This document shows, in pieces, positions 53,008-64,000 of a DNA stretch of 64,000 nucleotides. Every line of letters begins with the position of its first letter. Position 1 is the first letter of the stretch. The notes under the pieces are model-generated. The model saw only the letters and a program-made list of their open reading frames with translations, did no database searches and was not told where the DNA came from. This stretch comes from Stegostoma tigrinum. Lineage: Eukaryota. The translations under genes and the position numbers were made by a program. The DNA lies in NCBI RefSeq assembly GCF_030684315.1, contig NC_081396.1, positions 2,728,001-2,792,000 on the forward strand, given 5' to 3'.

Positions 53008-56000
53008 TGTGCGCAGTGACAGGTCCACCGCGAGATGTGTATCCACGTTGGCCTACCTGACCACCATCAAGGCGGACCTCCTGTTTCTGCAGGAGTGCGG
53101 GATACCGCACCTCAGCAGGTACGGGAAATGGTCCGGCGCCTGGACCTGTGGGCCTTCAATCTGGTCGGGGCTAATGACTGTCGCTCCTCGGGCCTGGCTA
53201 TTCTGCTGCGGGGGCGCAACTTCACCATCTCTCAAGTTCAGGAGGTGGTGGGGGGGGGATGCCTCCTAGTGGCTGACGTCACTTACAGGAACGCTCCCCT
53301 GAGGCTGATCAACGTGTACGCCCCAGCGGTACGGAGTGAGCGGTTGGCCGTTCTGCAGCAGCTTCCACCCCTGCTGGCTACGTCCAGGCCGGTCATCCTA
53401 GGCGGAGACTTCAACTGCATCATTCAGATGGAAGATCCAGCGTGGGGACAGCAGGTGGGGGGAGTCAACTGGACGTCACGTCCAGATTCCTGATGGGCAC
53501 GGTGAAGGATGCCAAGCTGCTCAACATGTTCAGCACCCCTGCAGACGGAGTGCAGCGGAGGTACCCCTGGTCGCGGCCAGACGGGTCTATCCGCTCAAGG
53601 ATAGACTTCCTGTTTGTGTCACGGGCGTTCTCGGTCAGGTCCACCGGCGTCGTGCCGGTGTTCTTCTCTGACCACTGCCTCCTGCTGGCCGACTGTCACT
53701 TATAGGACGACCAGCTGGCCGGCAAGTGGACGTGGAAGCTCAACACGACTCTGTTGACCCCAAAGAATGTCGAGGAGCTTAAGAGGGAGTACGCCGGTTG
53801 GAGAACCGTGAAACCCCTCTTTGACTCTCCGGGCGACTGGTGGGAGACGGTGAAGGAGAACATCAAGAGGTTCTTTGTCCTCAAGGGTGTTCAGAAGGCG
53901 AGAGAGAGGCGGGGAAAGCTGTCGCGACTCCATAAAAGGGTGCAGAACCTGCTCCTTCTGCAGTTGATGGGGGTCGATGTCATGGAGGACCTCCGCGAGG
54001 TGAGGGGCCAGCAAGCCTTGCTTTTTGCCGCAGAGGCCTCTAGGATGATCTTCCGGTCCAGGGTCCGCTCCGTGGAGCAGGACGAGACGTGCTCGCATTT
54101 CTTCTTTCAGAAGGTGCACAAAGAGAGCTCTGTGCTTAGCCGGCTGAAGGAGGACAACGGCTCGGTGACGTCGTCTCAGCCCGACATTTTGAGGATCAGC
54201 AGATCCTTCTATGCCGAACTGTATGACACAAAGCCCAGGGACAGCACGGCCTCCGAGTCATTCCTGTCATCTATCACGGAGGTCTTAGATGACGGCATGA
54301 GGGAGTGGCTAGACCGGCCAATATCCTTGGATGAGCTGACCAGAGCCCTCAAGTCCTTGAAGAGGAATAAGACTCCCGGGAGTGACGGTCGAGCTGTATT
54401 CCGCTCTGCTGGAGGCATACGATAGTGCGCTTCCGGCAGGGGAAATGTGCAAGTCCATGAGGAAGGGCATCATCACCCTCATTTACAAGAGGAAGGGGGA
54501 GAGGGAAAAAATTAAGAGTTGGTGTCCCATTTCACTTTTGAAAGTGGACTACAAAATCCTGGCGAAGGTCATAGCCAACCCGGTCAGGTCTGTCCTGGAG
54601 TCGGTGATTCACCCTGACCAAACCTGTGCTGCGCCAGGCAGGAAGGTCGCTGAGAGCCTCGCGCTCATCAGGGATACGATCGCCTACGTACAGGACAGGC
54701 GGGTGGACACCTGCCTCGTCAGCCTGGACCAGGAGAAGGCCTTCGACAGGATTTCTCATGCTTACATGAGGGACGTCCTCTCCAAATTGGGGTTCGGGGA
54801 GGGCATCCGCAATTGGATCTGGCTGCTCTACGCCAACATCGTTAGCGCAGTCTCGATCAACGGGTGGGAATCGGACAGTTTTCCTGTTAGATCTGGAGTC
54901 AGGCAGGGCTGCCCGCTCTCTCCTGCCTTGTTCGTGTGCTGTGTGGAGACCTTCGCCGCATCCATCAGGAAGGACATGAGCCTGAAGGGCGTGATTATCC
55001 CAGGCAGCGGAGGCCTTCAGGTCAAGACCTCCCTGTACATGGACGACATTTCCATCTTCTGCTCCGATTGTCGGTCGGTGAGTAGGCTGTTGGACATCTG
55101 CGGCCAGTTTGAACTGGCCTCGGGTGCCAAAGTCAATAGGGGTAAGAGCGAAGTCATGTTCTTCGGGAACTGGGACGACCGCTCCTTCATCCCCTTCACC
55201 GTCAGGACAGGCTACATGAAGGTGCTGGGTGTTTGGTTCGGTGGAGCTGGGGCATGCACTAAGACTTGGGAGGAACGTATCACCAAACTGAAGCAGAAGC
55301 TGGGCAGGTGGATGCTCCGGTCTCTCTCCATCGCGGGTAAGAACCTGGTTGTCAGGTGCAAGGGGCTTTCGGTACTGTTGTGTGTGGCGCAGGCCTGGCC
55401 TATTCCCTGGGCCTGCGCTGCTGCAGTCTCCCGGGCCATCTTCCACTTCATTTGGGGGTCGAGGATGGACCGGGTCCACAGGGACACCATGTACAAAGAC
55501 CTGGAAAATGGTGGAAAGGGTGTACCGAACGCCACCCTCGCCCTGACGGCTACCTTTGTGTGTGGCTGCATCAAGCTGTGCGTAGATCCTCAGTACGCAA
55601 ACACCAAGTGTCACTACTTACTGAGGTTCTACCTGTCCCCGGTGTTGCGAAGGATGGGCCTGGTCTCATTGCCGCGGAACGCTCCGAGTAGTTGGACCAT
55701 CCTGTACCACCTGTCCTTCGTGGAGAAATTTTTGAAGGGAAACACCTTTGACCACAAGGCCGTCAGACAGTGGTCAGCACATAATATCCTCGAGACCCTT
55801 CGGGAAAAGGAGAGGGTGGATCCCGTTGTGTGGTTCCCCACGCAGACTGCCAAAGTCGTTTGGCAGAATGCCATGTCGCCAGAACTTTCAAACAATCACA
55901 AGGACATTGCTTGGCTGGTGGTGATAGGGGCTCTGCCAGTGAGATCCTTTATGCATGCCCGGAATCTCTGCGCCACCGCATGCTGCCCTCGAGGTGGCTG

Positions 56001-56168
56001 CGGAGGGGACGAGACTGTCGATCGCCTCCTTCTGGAGTGTGCCTATGCGCAGGAGGTCTGGAGGGGAATGCAGTGGTATTTGTCGAGGTTCGTCCAGAGC
56101 AGCTCAGTGACGCGGGATTCCGTGTTCTATGGGCTGTTTCCCGGGATGCGCACCGAGACCAACATCAG
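52982..56168 (+). pseudogene. Tx1 ORF2 (APE-RT), copy 2, multiple frameshifts
   Basis: VASINVR, FLQECG, LGGDFNC, SRIDF, SDHC, DQEKAFDR and YMDD motifs. Confidence 0.9.
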
Positions 56169-56849
56169 CTTTTGTTAAATAAAATCAATACATTTCCAAC
56201 AGGCTGCAGGGCGCCTCGAACTGGTGTTAATGCAGTAACTCCCCATAGAAACCCCAATTTTTTGCTTGCTCTTGCATCAATAGCATTTGTGGCTATTCCA
56301 GAATTAATCGTTTCCCAGATACGTTTGACGATGCAATGTTGAAGCTGTTGTATTTTGTACCCAACGAGTGGTCAGTCGGGTGCACATCTGCTAAATCCAA
56401 CCTTTGCAACAGATAGTGGTTGCTTTTCAGTCAGTTTTCAAATTACATCTCAGCTTGTCCTGTACCTCTGTTAAAAATCCTCTTCCAGTGGATATATCAT
56501 GCAAACTTAATCACCATCCAACTCAACGGTTATTAGTTGTCATGCCAGAAAAGACGAAAGCAATTTGCCAAAAAGGGTGTCACTAGACTCGAAATGTTAA
56601 CTTTGCCTTCTCTCTACAGGGGCTGCGAGACCTGTTGAGTTTCTTCAGCAATTTTTGTTTTTATTTCAAGTTTCTGTCATTCAAAGTGTGTTGTTTGATT
56701 TTTTTTAAGTGTTCTGCTGTCAGGTGAAACAACTTAAGTTATTTGAAGGGACAATTATTTTAATGTATTAAGAAAATTAAATGATATTTAATATCAGGGA
56801 ATGATTGAAGGTGAGTGACCTGCCTCGAACCGTCATTTCAGAAAAACTG

Positions 56850-57840
56850 TGCTGGGATCACAACTTTACAATTTGTACATTAATGATCTTGGCGAAGGAA
56901 CTGTGGGAAATCTGGCTAAATTTGCAGATGATACAAAGACAGGTGGAGTGACAGGTAGAATTAAGGAAGTGGTCAGGATTCAGAAGGACTTGGGCTGGTT
57001 AGGAAAGTGGGAAAAGAAGTGGCAGATGGAGTACAACGTGGGAAAGTGTGAGGTCATGCACTTTGGGAAGAAGAACAAAAGCATGGGCCATTTTCTAAAT
57101 GAGGAGAAAACTCAGAAGTCTGAACTGCAAAGAGCCTTGACGGTTCCAGTGTAGGATTCTCTCAAGATAAAATTGCGAGTTGAGTCAGTAGTCAGGGAGG
57201 CAAATGCAATGTTGGCATTTATTTTGGGAGGACTTGAATATAAGAGCAGGGATGTACTACTGAGGCTTTGTAAGGCTCTTGTCAGGTCATATCGGAGTGT
57301 TGCGTGCTATTTTGGATCCCACATCACAGGAAGGACATACAGGCACTGAGGCAGGTTCAGAGGAGGTTCATGAGAATATTCCCAGAAACGGAAAGCACAA
57401 CACGAGGAAAGTTTGATGATTCCGGGACCATACTCATTGGAGTTCAGAAAGACGAGGGGGTGATCTAATTTAAACTTTCAAAATGCCGAATGGCCCCGAC
57501 AAATTGGACGTTTGGAAGGTGCTTCCATTGGTAGGAGAGTCTAGGACGCGAGGGCACAACCTTCGTGTAAAGGGGAGACCATTTAGAACGGACATAAGGA
57601 GAAACTTCTTCAGCCAGAGACTGGTGAATCTATGGAATTAATTGTCACAGAAGGCTGTGGAGGCCAGGTCACTGAGTACATTTAAGACTGAGATAGATAG
57701 ATTCTTGATTATCAAGGGGATCAAGGGTGACAGGGAGAAAGCAGGAGAATGGGATTGAAGAATTTATCAGCCATAAATAAATAGGAGAGCAGACTCGATG
57801 GGCCGAATGGCCTAATTTCTGCTCCTATGTCTTGTGGTCT
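56850..57840 (+). mobile_element. CR1 LINE RT and 3' end
   Basis: YINDL, AKFADDTK and KWQMEYNVGKCEVMHFG; tail ...gctcctatgtcttgtggtct. Confidence 0.9.
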
Positions 57841-59524
57841 TTGGAAAGTAAAGGTCTTTAGCAGTGAATTCACCGTCACTGGGTTTCAATCAATTACACA
57901 GAAGTGTAATATTTGCTCAGGTGCCTCAGAAATGAGAGCATTGACTTACTAGTTTCAGACACTGCACTTCAGTGACAAACAAGAGACTGTAAAATGTTTA
58001 TTAAGAAGTTTTCCCCACCATTGATAGCATAACGAATAACACATTGGTAGGAAGATGAAGAACAGGAATAGGGCATTGAGCCCTTCGAGTTGTTCCACTA
58101 TTTGATTTGATCATAATGGATCGAACAGTTAACTCCATAGGTCTGCTTGTAGCAAAAATCTTTAGCACCTTTGATTAACAAAGGAAATCTGTTCCAGATT
58201 TAATGATTCGATTGCACATAACAAGGACAGACAGTATTTCTGGAAGATGTTACGTGAATTATAATAAGTGACACAATGAAGTTGTTAGTAATTGCTAATA
58301 AAAATAGACTTTAACTCTATGACATTTTCCAATTCAAACATCCCAATCAAGTTGATCAGATCCCCTTAATTTAAGATTATGTTTCTTTATTCCAAAGAAG
58401 TTTAATATATTACTTCTGTGCTCAAAATGAGGAAAACTTCATTCTCACTGTATGGTGAAAAAATAGCTCTGTCAGTTCGGAGAAAACACGCAGAAAGAAA
58501 CCATTCAGCACGTCATCCCTGTATGGACACACATCAAGTACCTCAAAAAATGTTTCAATTCTACCAGTGGTCATTTGCGTTTCTACACAGCATGAAAGTG
58601 TCAGAACTCTTACATCTCATTGAGAAGCTAGTCGTCATCAGCCTACTTGAATTGCTAAGGTTCACGCAGTATTAGCACATCCTCGGCACTGTTCGGAAGC
58701 AAATTCCACAGTTGTGATCCAGAAAAAAAAGTAGAGGGACAGTGAAATAATTACAAGTCAAGATAGAGTATGATTTGGACGAAATCTTTCTAGGTGAAGT
58801 ACTAATATGCCTGTGAGCCCTTGTTCTCAAAGGCCCCAGTTTTGGGATGCGCTGACGAAGGACAATGTGAACTTACAAATTAGAAGCCGAGAAAATACAC
58901 CATGGCTCCTCAAGAACGCTATTCCTTTCGTGAGATCATCATAAATCTTGCTGTTCGACAAACTTTCCAAATCCAATGAAATTTAACCCGATTTTTCAGT
59001 GTTCAACTCGAGAATGGTGAACACGGAGTTCGAAAATGAGCTAGTGGTGGGAGTTAGAGTGATATTGTAGTAGAGTGTTCGCTGGCAGGATGTGATGTGT
59101 TGAGCGACTGCTAGGTAATCTCGCATACACATAGTCTGGCAGGGTGGCATTAGAGTAAATGATTAAGGTCACAAGGAACTAGTTTTGTCGAGTGGTGCTT
59201 GGTAGGTGAGGAGTAGTTTGAACTGAAATGCAGGAGGTGATTGGGTGCAAAGCTAGTTAGTTAGTTCGGCAGGGAGCTGGGCTGGTTCGGTGATAGAAGT
59301 TCACTGTAGTGAAGTGGCAGCTGGATATGATCTGAAAATGAAATGGAGTTTGGCTACGTAGCAGGCAATAAAGAATTGATTGCAAGAGAAGGAGGTTGCA
59401 ATGTGTACAGGTTGACTTGAATAAGATGAGAGGGAAGTGATCTAGGACTGGTGTCTTGTCTGGGAAGTTTAGTCCTGTCAGCGGTTCTGCACATTTTATT
59501 TTTGACTTGATTTGATAAGTAAGC

Positions 59525-59655
59525 AAGGGTCACTGGACCTGAAACGTTAACTCTGATTTCTCTCCACTGATGCTGCTTGTGGCTGGGAGTTTCTGACAAT
59601 TTCTGGGTTTTTTTGCTTCTAATTTCCAGCATCCGCAATTCTTTGGTTTTTATTT
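59525..59655 (+). mobile_element. Penelope family D pLTR fragment
   Basis: agggtcactggacctgaaacgttaactct matches the 15.8-kb element; a more decayed copy lies at about 56570-56700. Confidence 0.65.
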
Positions 59656-59965
59656 CGTGAAACTTCTCCGCTCTTTCATTGTAATTCAATGAACGTGTCC
59701 ATTGGCAAAATTACTGCACAGCTACTGGTGGTGGAATCAAAGAATTCTTATTGCTAAATTATATGATAATATAATATGCTAATATTGAGGGCGTGCTTCT
59801 GAGAAAGAAACCAATAGATCATGAACAACAAATAAGAGAAAACAAAAATGAATGCAAGATATGTAGATTTTATCAGAAACAGTTTACTGCTGGGGATACA
59901 TTTGAATAACTGCTAAGGTTGAGCTAACAGAGGCTAACTTGTTCAATCGTCCATTCTTCCCCCAG

Positions 59966-60262
59966 TGACACCATCTTCCCCCACACTTTATGGCTTAACC
60001 TCATCCTGTAAACCAAGCAGCACTGATGGTTCTGTGATCTTTGGTTGTCTGGCAATGGACCATTCCCTGGACGCCACCAAGGTGACGTGGAAGAAAGAAG
60101 GGAAGCCGATCACGACTGGATTGAAGACTTATCCATCAGCGAGAAACAAGAAGGGAACTTATACCCTGAGCAGCCAGTTAACTGTGACTGAGTCAGTAGA
60201 TTGCAACAAAATCTACTGTGAAGTTCAGTACAAAGAGTCAGAGAAGAGCGTTAGAATGCCAT
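59966..60262 (+). CDS. IGHM: Immunoglobulin mu heavy-chain constant exon CH1 (cartilaginous-fish IgM type)
   Basis: Acceptor ttcttcccccag| and donor |gtaagt, 297 bp, phase 1/1; [13 protein letters not shown]...VIFGCLAMD...VTWKK...[17 protein letters not shown]...IYCEV...MP closely resembles shark C-mu-1 as I recall it. Confidence 0.9.
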
Positions 60263-60339
60263 GTAAGTGTTGTGGGAACAGAGATAAACAGAACATCTGT
60301 GATTATAAAGATGAATAGGGCATTGTTTATAACACTTTT

Positions 60340-63080
60340 CACAGAGCCATCGAGGTATACAGCACAGTAAAAAGACCTTTGGCCGACCAAATCCATGCCT
60401 ATCAGTATCAAACACTTAACTCTGCCAGTCAAATATGCCAACGCTTTCTCCATTATCTTGTATGACTTGCCATTGCAAGTGTTCATCTCAATGCTTCTTA
60501 CTTGTTGTGTTACTAGTTTCTATAAAAACACTGAGCTCCAGATTCACACCATCATCTGTTCAATTTTGTTTCCCCCGACATTCACTCTAAACCTTCTGCC
60601 CTTACCTTTGCCTGCTGCCCATTTGACATTGATCCCTCTTCTTGTTTATCCTATCTTTACCCATCATAATTCCAGGTATCTCAATCACGTTCTCCCTCAG
60701 GGTCCTCGGGTCTAAGGGAAAACGCCTGTCTGACTGACCTCATTTCATAACTAAACCGTTCAGCCCAGGCAAAATCCTCTGAAAGCTCATCAATGCTTCT
60801 ACAATATAATCACATTCCTCTCATAATGTGCATTCCTGATTTTCACACAATACTCAATATGGCCTTACCAGCGTATTACTAATTTCCAGTACCATCTGCT
60901 CGTAATTAAATTCACTGCCTCGGATAATAAAGACCAATATCCCACATACATTTTTAACTGGATCGGTGGGCATGCACAAAAAAAAAGATTTTCAGTGCTT
61001 TCCAGGGATCCTCCATTGAAATCTTAGTACCTTGCATTTTCTTCTGCCCAAGTGTATATACCTTATATGTATCAGGAATGATTTCCATTTGCCACCTCTC
61101 GCCACTTCTCAACTGTTCTACATCCTTCTTTAACCTAATGCCATCATGCTCACGGCTGACCAACTCGACAATTTTCGTTTCATCTCTGAACTTACTCACC
61201 TGCCTTCGTTCATTCAAGTCTAAATAATTTGAATGTAAAAGAAAATCAAGGCAATTAACGCTGATTCCTGCAACCCCGCATTAGACATAGACTTCCAGTT
61301 GCACAAAAGCTCCACGACCATTATCCTCTGCTACATGCCACTCAGGCAATTCTGGATCCAATTCAACAAGCTAACTCGGATTCCATTCGTCATACCTTTG
61401 CTAACATCTGCATACCTGGTTAACTCTTCGACAAATACCATCAAATTGTTTCGATATTACCCCCACCACCCACCACACCCGACATTAAGACAATGCAGGA
61501 ATTGTTGATTGACATTCCGGATGAAGACGAATTCTGCTTCTCAACTGCTTCACTAGTTAGCCTACCACTTCGCAGACATGTCGTTTCAATTGTTATCTCT
61601 TCCCCCTCCTGCATAACAGTGCCACATTGGCGGACCTACAGTCATTTGGCACAGCCCCTGTAGCCAGACAGGGATTCTAAACTGTTCCCAGTGGCCCAAT
61701 TATTTCAGTTTTCACTCTGCCCACCAGCTTGGCATACGTTACATTCACTTTGAAAATTTAACTACTTTTATTAGAACAAGAAAACACAGCAAGTTTTGTC
61801 ATCTACCCTAACTTCTTATTGTCAATCACAGCACTTCTCCATGATTTCTGTGTCCACATCATCCCTTACCTGAGTGAACACCAACATAACGCATGTAAAT
61901 CGAACACAACCGACGTCCTCTGACGCCATGCCAGTAACAACACTGTAGAACTTAATGAGAGTTACTCATTCGTAAGTTATCCTTTTCTTATGATTGAACT
62001 TGTAACATATTTTCACAGTTTCCTTTCCTTTGACTTCCACTATTCTTTCCTTTCTCTCCTATTTCCTCTGTTTCAAAAAAAAAACCCCTTGCACGTTCTG
62101 GACTTCTTGAGAGCTTGTATTGCTTTGAGTCATCAGTATTTAACATAAGCCCACCATTTTTGTTATCTTCATCGAGCTACTTTATGTCCTTTGAAGTCCA
62201 GAGCTCACTGCATGTTTGACCCCACGCTGTGTCTTAATCGCAACATGTTGTCCCTTGGCTATTCCTATTCCTTTCTTGAATATGTTCTACTGCTGTAACT
62301 CTGGGTAATCAATACATTTCGTCTTCCAGCGCAGTCTGGTCAAATCATACGAGACCTTATTAAAATTGGCATTCCCCTTTCCAGATCTTTGGTTCAGGCC
62401 CATTCCTGTCCATTTCCAGAAAAATCTGGAATCTAACAGTTTTATGATCGCTGTCTGGAAAATGCTACATCAGTGATATTTTAACCAGTTGTTCAAGATC
62501 ATGACCTAAAGTTAATTCCAGGATCACACTTTTCTTGCAAGTTCTGTGTGAAAAAGTGTTGTATTAAATACATTGTCAATTTAGAAGCTCTGTTGGGAGC
62601 ATTTTCAGAATTCTGCTCCCTCTAAATTTTTGACATGATCAATGACGGAGCTGATTTTGAAGAAGTTAAAATCCTCTTTCATCATTCCCCAATTAATTTA
62701 CACTTCTCTGAAATTTGCTTGTGTATCTGCACTTATCGATCTTACGGACATGTGGTGGAATCCATATAACTCACCCAGTCGCATGTTTGGTTTTTTTCGG
62801 TTTTTAATTACTATCTGTTTGCCCTCATTTGGGGATGTGCCCATGATTTAGTTCCTCTTCACAACTGAAAGTACCAGAATCAGCATTGTGACAGACGCCT
62901 GATCCCATTTCACGTATTCCCCTGTCTCGCCTGAAGGCTGTATATTCTGGAATTATGAACCACCAATCCCTTCCCCTCTCAATATTTCTCCGTGATATCA
63001 ATGGCACCATTGCCTCATTTCTACCACCAACTCGTTTACTTGTTAGTCAAACTACTTCCCTTAAAACGAATAGCATCCAA
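60340..63080 (-). mobile_element. Degenerate CR1 fragments downstream of the Ig exon
   Basis: VSKFRDETKI...RWQME and IPEYTAFRRDR on the minus strand. Confidence 0.7.
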
Positions 63081-63138
63081 CTTTGCTATCTCCATTTTGG
63101 ATGTGAGTTTGCTCGCTGAGCTGGAAGGTTCGTTTTCA

Positions 63139-63172
63139 GACGTTTCGTCACCATTCTAGGTAACATCGTCAG
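63139..63172 (-). ncRNA. Minimal type I hammerhead ribozyme (PLE family B)
   Basis: CTGACGA-T-GTTACC-TAGAAT-GGTGAC-GAAA-CGTC; helix I tca/tga. Confidence 0.8.
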
Positions 63173-63521
63173 TGAGCCTCCGATGAAGCGCTGGTGTTAT
63201 GTCCCGCTTTCTATGTTGATGAACATCAACGAGCCACAAAACGACATGACCCACTATCACTCGTATCCTTACATACAGATAAGGAAGGACACCACTTTGA
63301 TTGGGACAACACATTCTTCCGAAGACAAGCCAAACAGAGACATGCACGAGAATTCCTAGAAGCATGGCATTCCAACTGGAATTCCATCAACAAACACATT
63401 GACTTGGAGCCAATCTACCATCCCCTGAGAAAAAGAACAGGATATGACATTACCCACGCAAGGAAACCTAACCAGATAAATAGAAATCGGGACATAACAC
63501 CAGCGCTTCGTCGGAGGCTCA

Positions 63522-63555
63522 CTGATGATGTTATCTAGAATGGTGACGAAACGTC
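63522..63555 (+). ncRNA. Minimal type I hammerhead ribozyme (PLE family B)
   Basis: CTGATGA-T-GTTATC-TAGAAT-GGTGAC-GAAA-CGTC; helix I tca/tga extended by ggagg/cttcc. Confidence 0.8.
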
Positions 63556-64000
63556 TGAAAACGAACCTTCCAGCTCAGCGAGCAAACTCACATCCAGAAC
63601 CTCAACCTGAGCTACAAATCTTCTCAAAACTCGCTATCTCCATTTTGATTAAACTGATCTATAATTTATATGTGTTCATGACTTCCTTGCTGTATTTTGC
63701 AATTTTGGCCCTTCACACCATCCTGTTGATCTTTCTGTGTCGCTCATAGCTTCTGTCACAAACGTTGCATTATGACCATTGTAATCTTAAAGATCATATC
63801 TATAAACTACAAATAAACTTGATTTAGAAGAACTAATTACATTTGTTATCAAATTCGTCAGATAATTTGTACAATGTGTTTCTTTAAGGTCGAGATATTT
63901 TACATCCAACTCTTCTTCTAACTGTGAGTTCAAGCGAAGAAATCGAGAGAACCAAAATTGCAACCCTCGTCTGTTCAATCACAGAATTCCATCCTAAGCA

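Larger units (their letters stand above)
51328..56168 (+). mobile_element. Tx1-clade retrotransposon, copy 2; 5' end apparently complete, 3' end lost
   Basis: 5' UTR, ORF1 from ATG 51540 and ORF2 from ATG 52982 with frameshifts; homology to copy 1 stops after TETNI at about 56168. Confidence 0.93.
63100..63632 (+). mobile_element. Penelope family B truncated element with inverted pLTR and 15-bp TSD (empty-site reference)
   Basis: TSD gctatctccattttg at 63085-63099 and 63633-63647; GIY-YIG C-terminus EHQRATKRHD...HHFDW...REFLEAWHS..SINKH. Confidence 0.92.

Noticed and set aside
47187-55895. Many long shadow ORFs (e.g. 54532-55614, 360 aa) over the Tx1 copies
   Set aside because: Antisense or alternate frames of GC-rich retroelement ORFs.

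Overview
Eukaryotic DNA, almost certainly shark: it carries HE1-type V-SINEs, CR1/HER1 LINEs and a shark-type IgM C-mu-1 exon, and a carpet-shark origin is my inference. The left half (1-32 kb) is a cluster of minus-strand C2H2 zinc-finger loci with no KRAB domain visible: one intact 17-finger ORF, a 7-finger ORF with no ATG, a frameshifted pseudogene, relics, and three paralogous CpG-rich promoters. Most of the remainder is retroelement debris (CR1, L2-group, SINEs) plus at least four families of Penelope-like elements (PLEs) whose pseudo-LTRs carry minimal hammerhead ribozyme motifs. An immunoglobulin mu CH1 exon lies at 59966-60262 with no V/D/J that I could find upstream. The most striking structure is at 46751-56168. 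Two Tx1-clade (L1 group) retrotransposons sit head-to-head, one in each inverted arm of a small Penelope element. Both junctions fall at the same position (TAGAATG|GTGACGAAAC) in stem II of the Penelope hammerhead. The Tx1 5' end also begins with a diverged copy of the target's downstream sequence in which the GAAAC core is destroyed. This is a candidate ribozyme-targeting, site-specific retrotransposon that parasitises another retrotransposon. Repeat boundaries are approximate and identities are hand counts.
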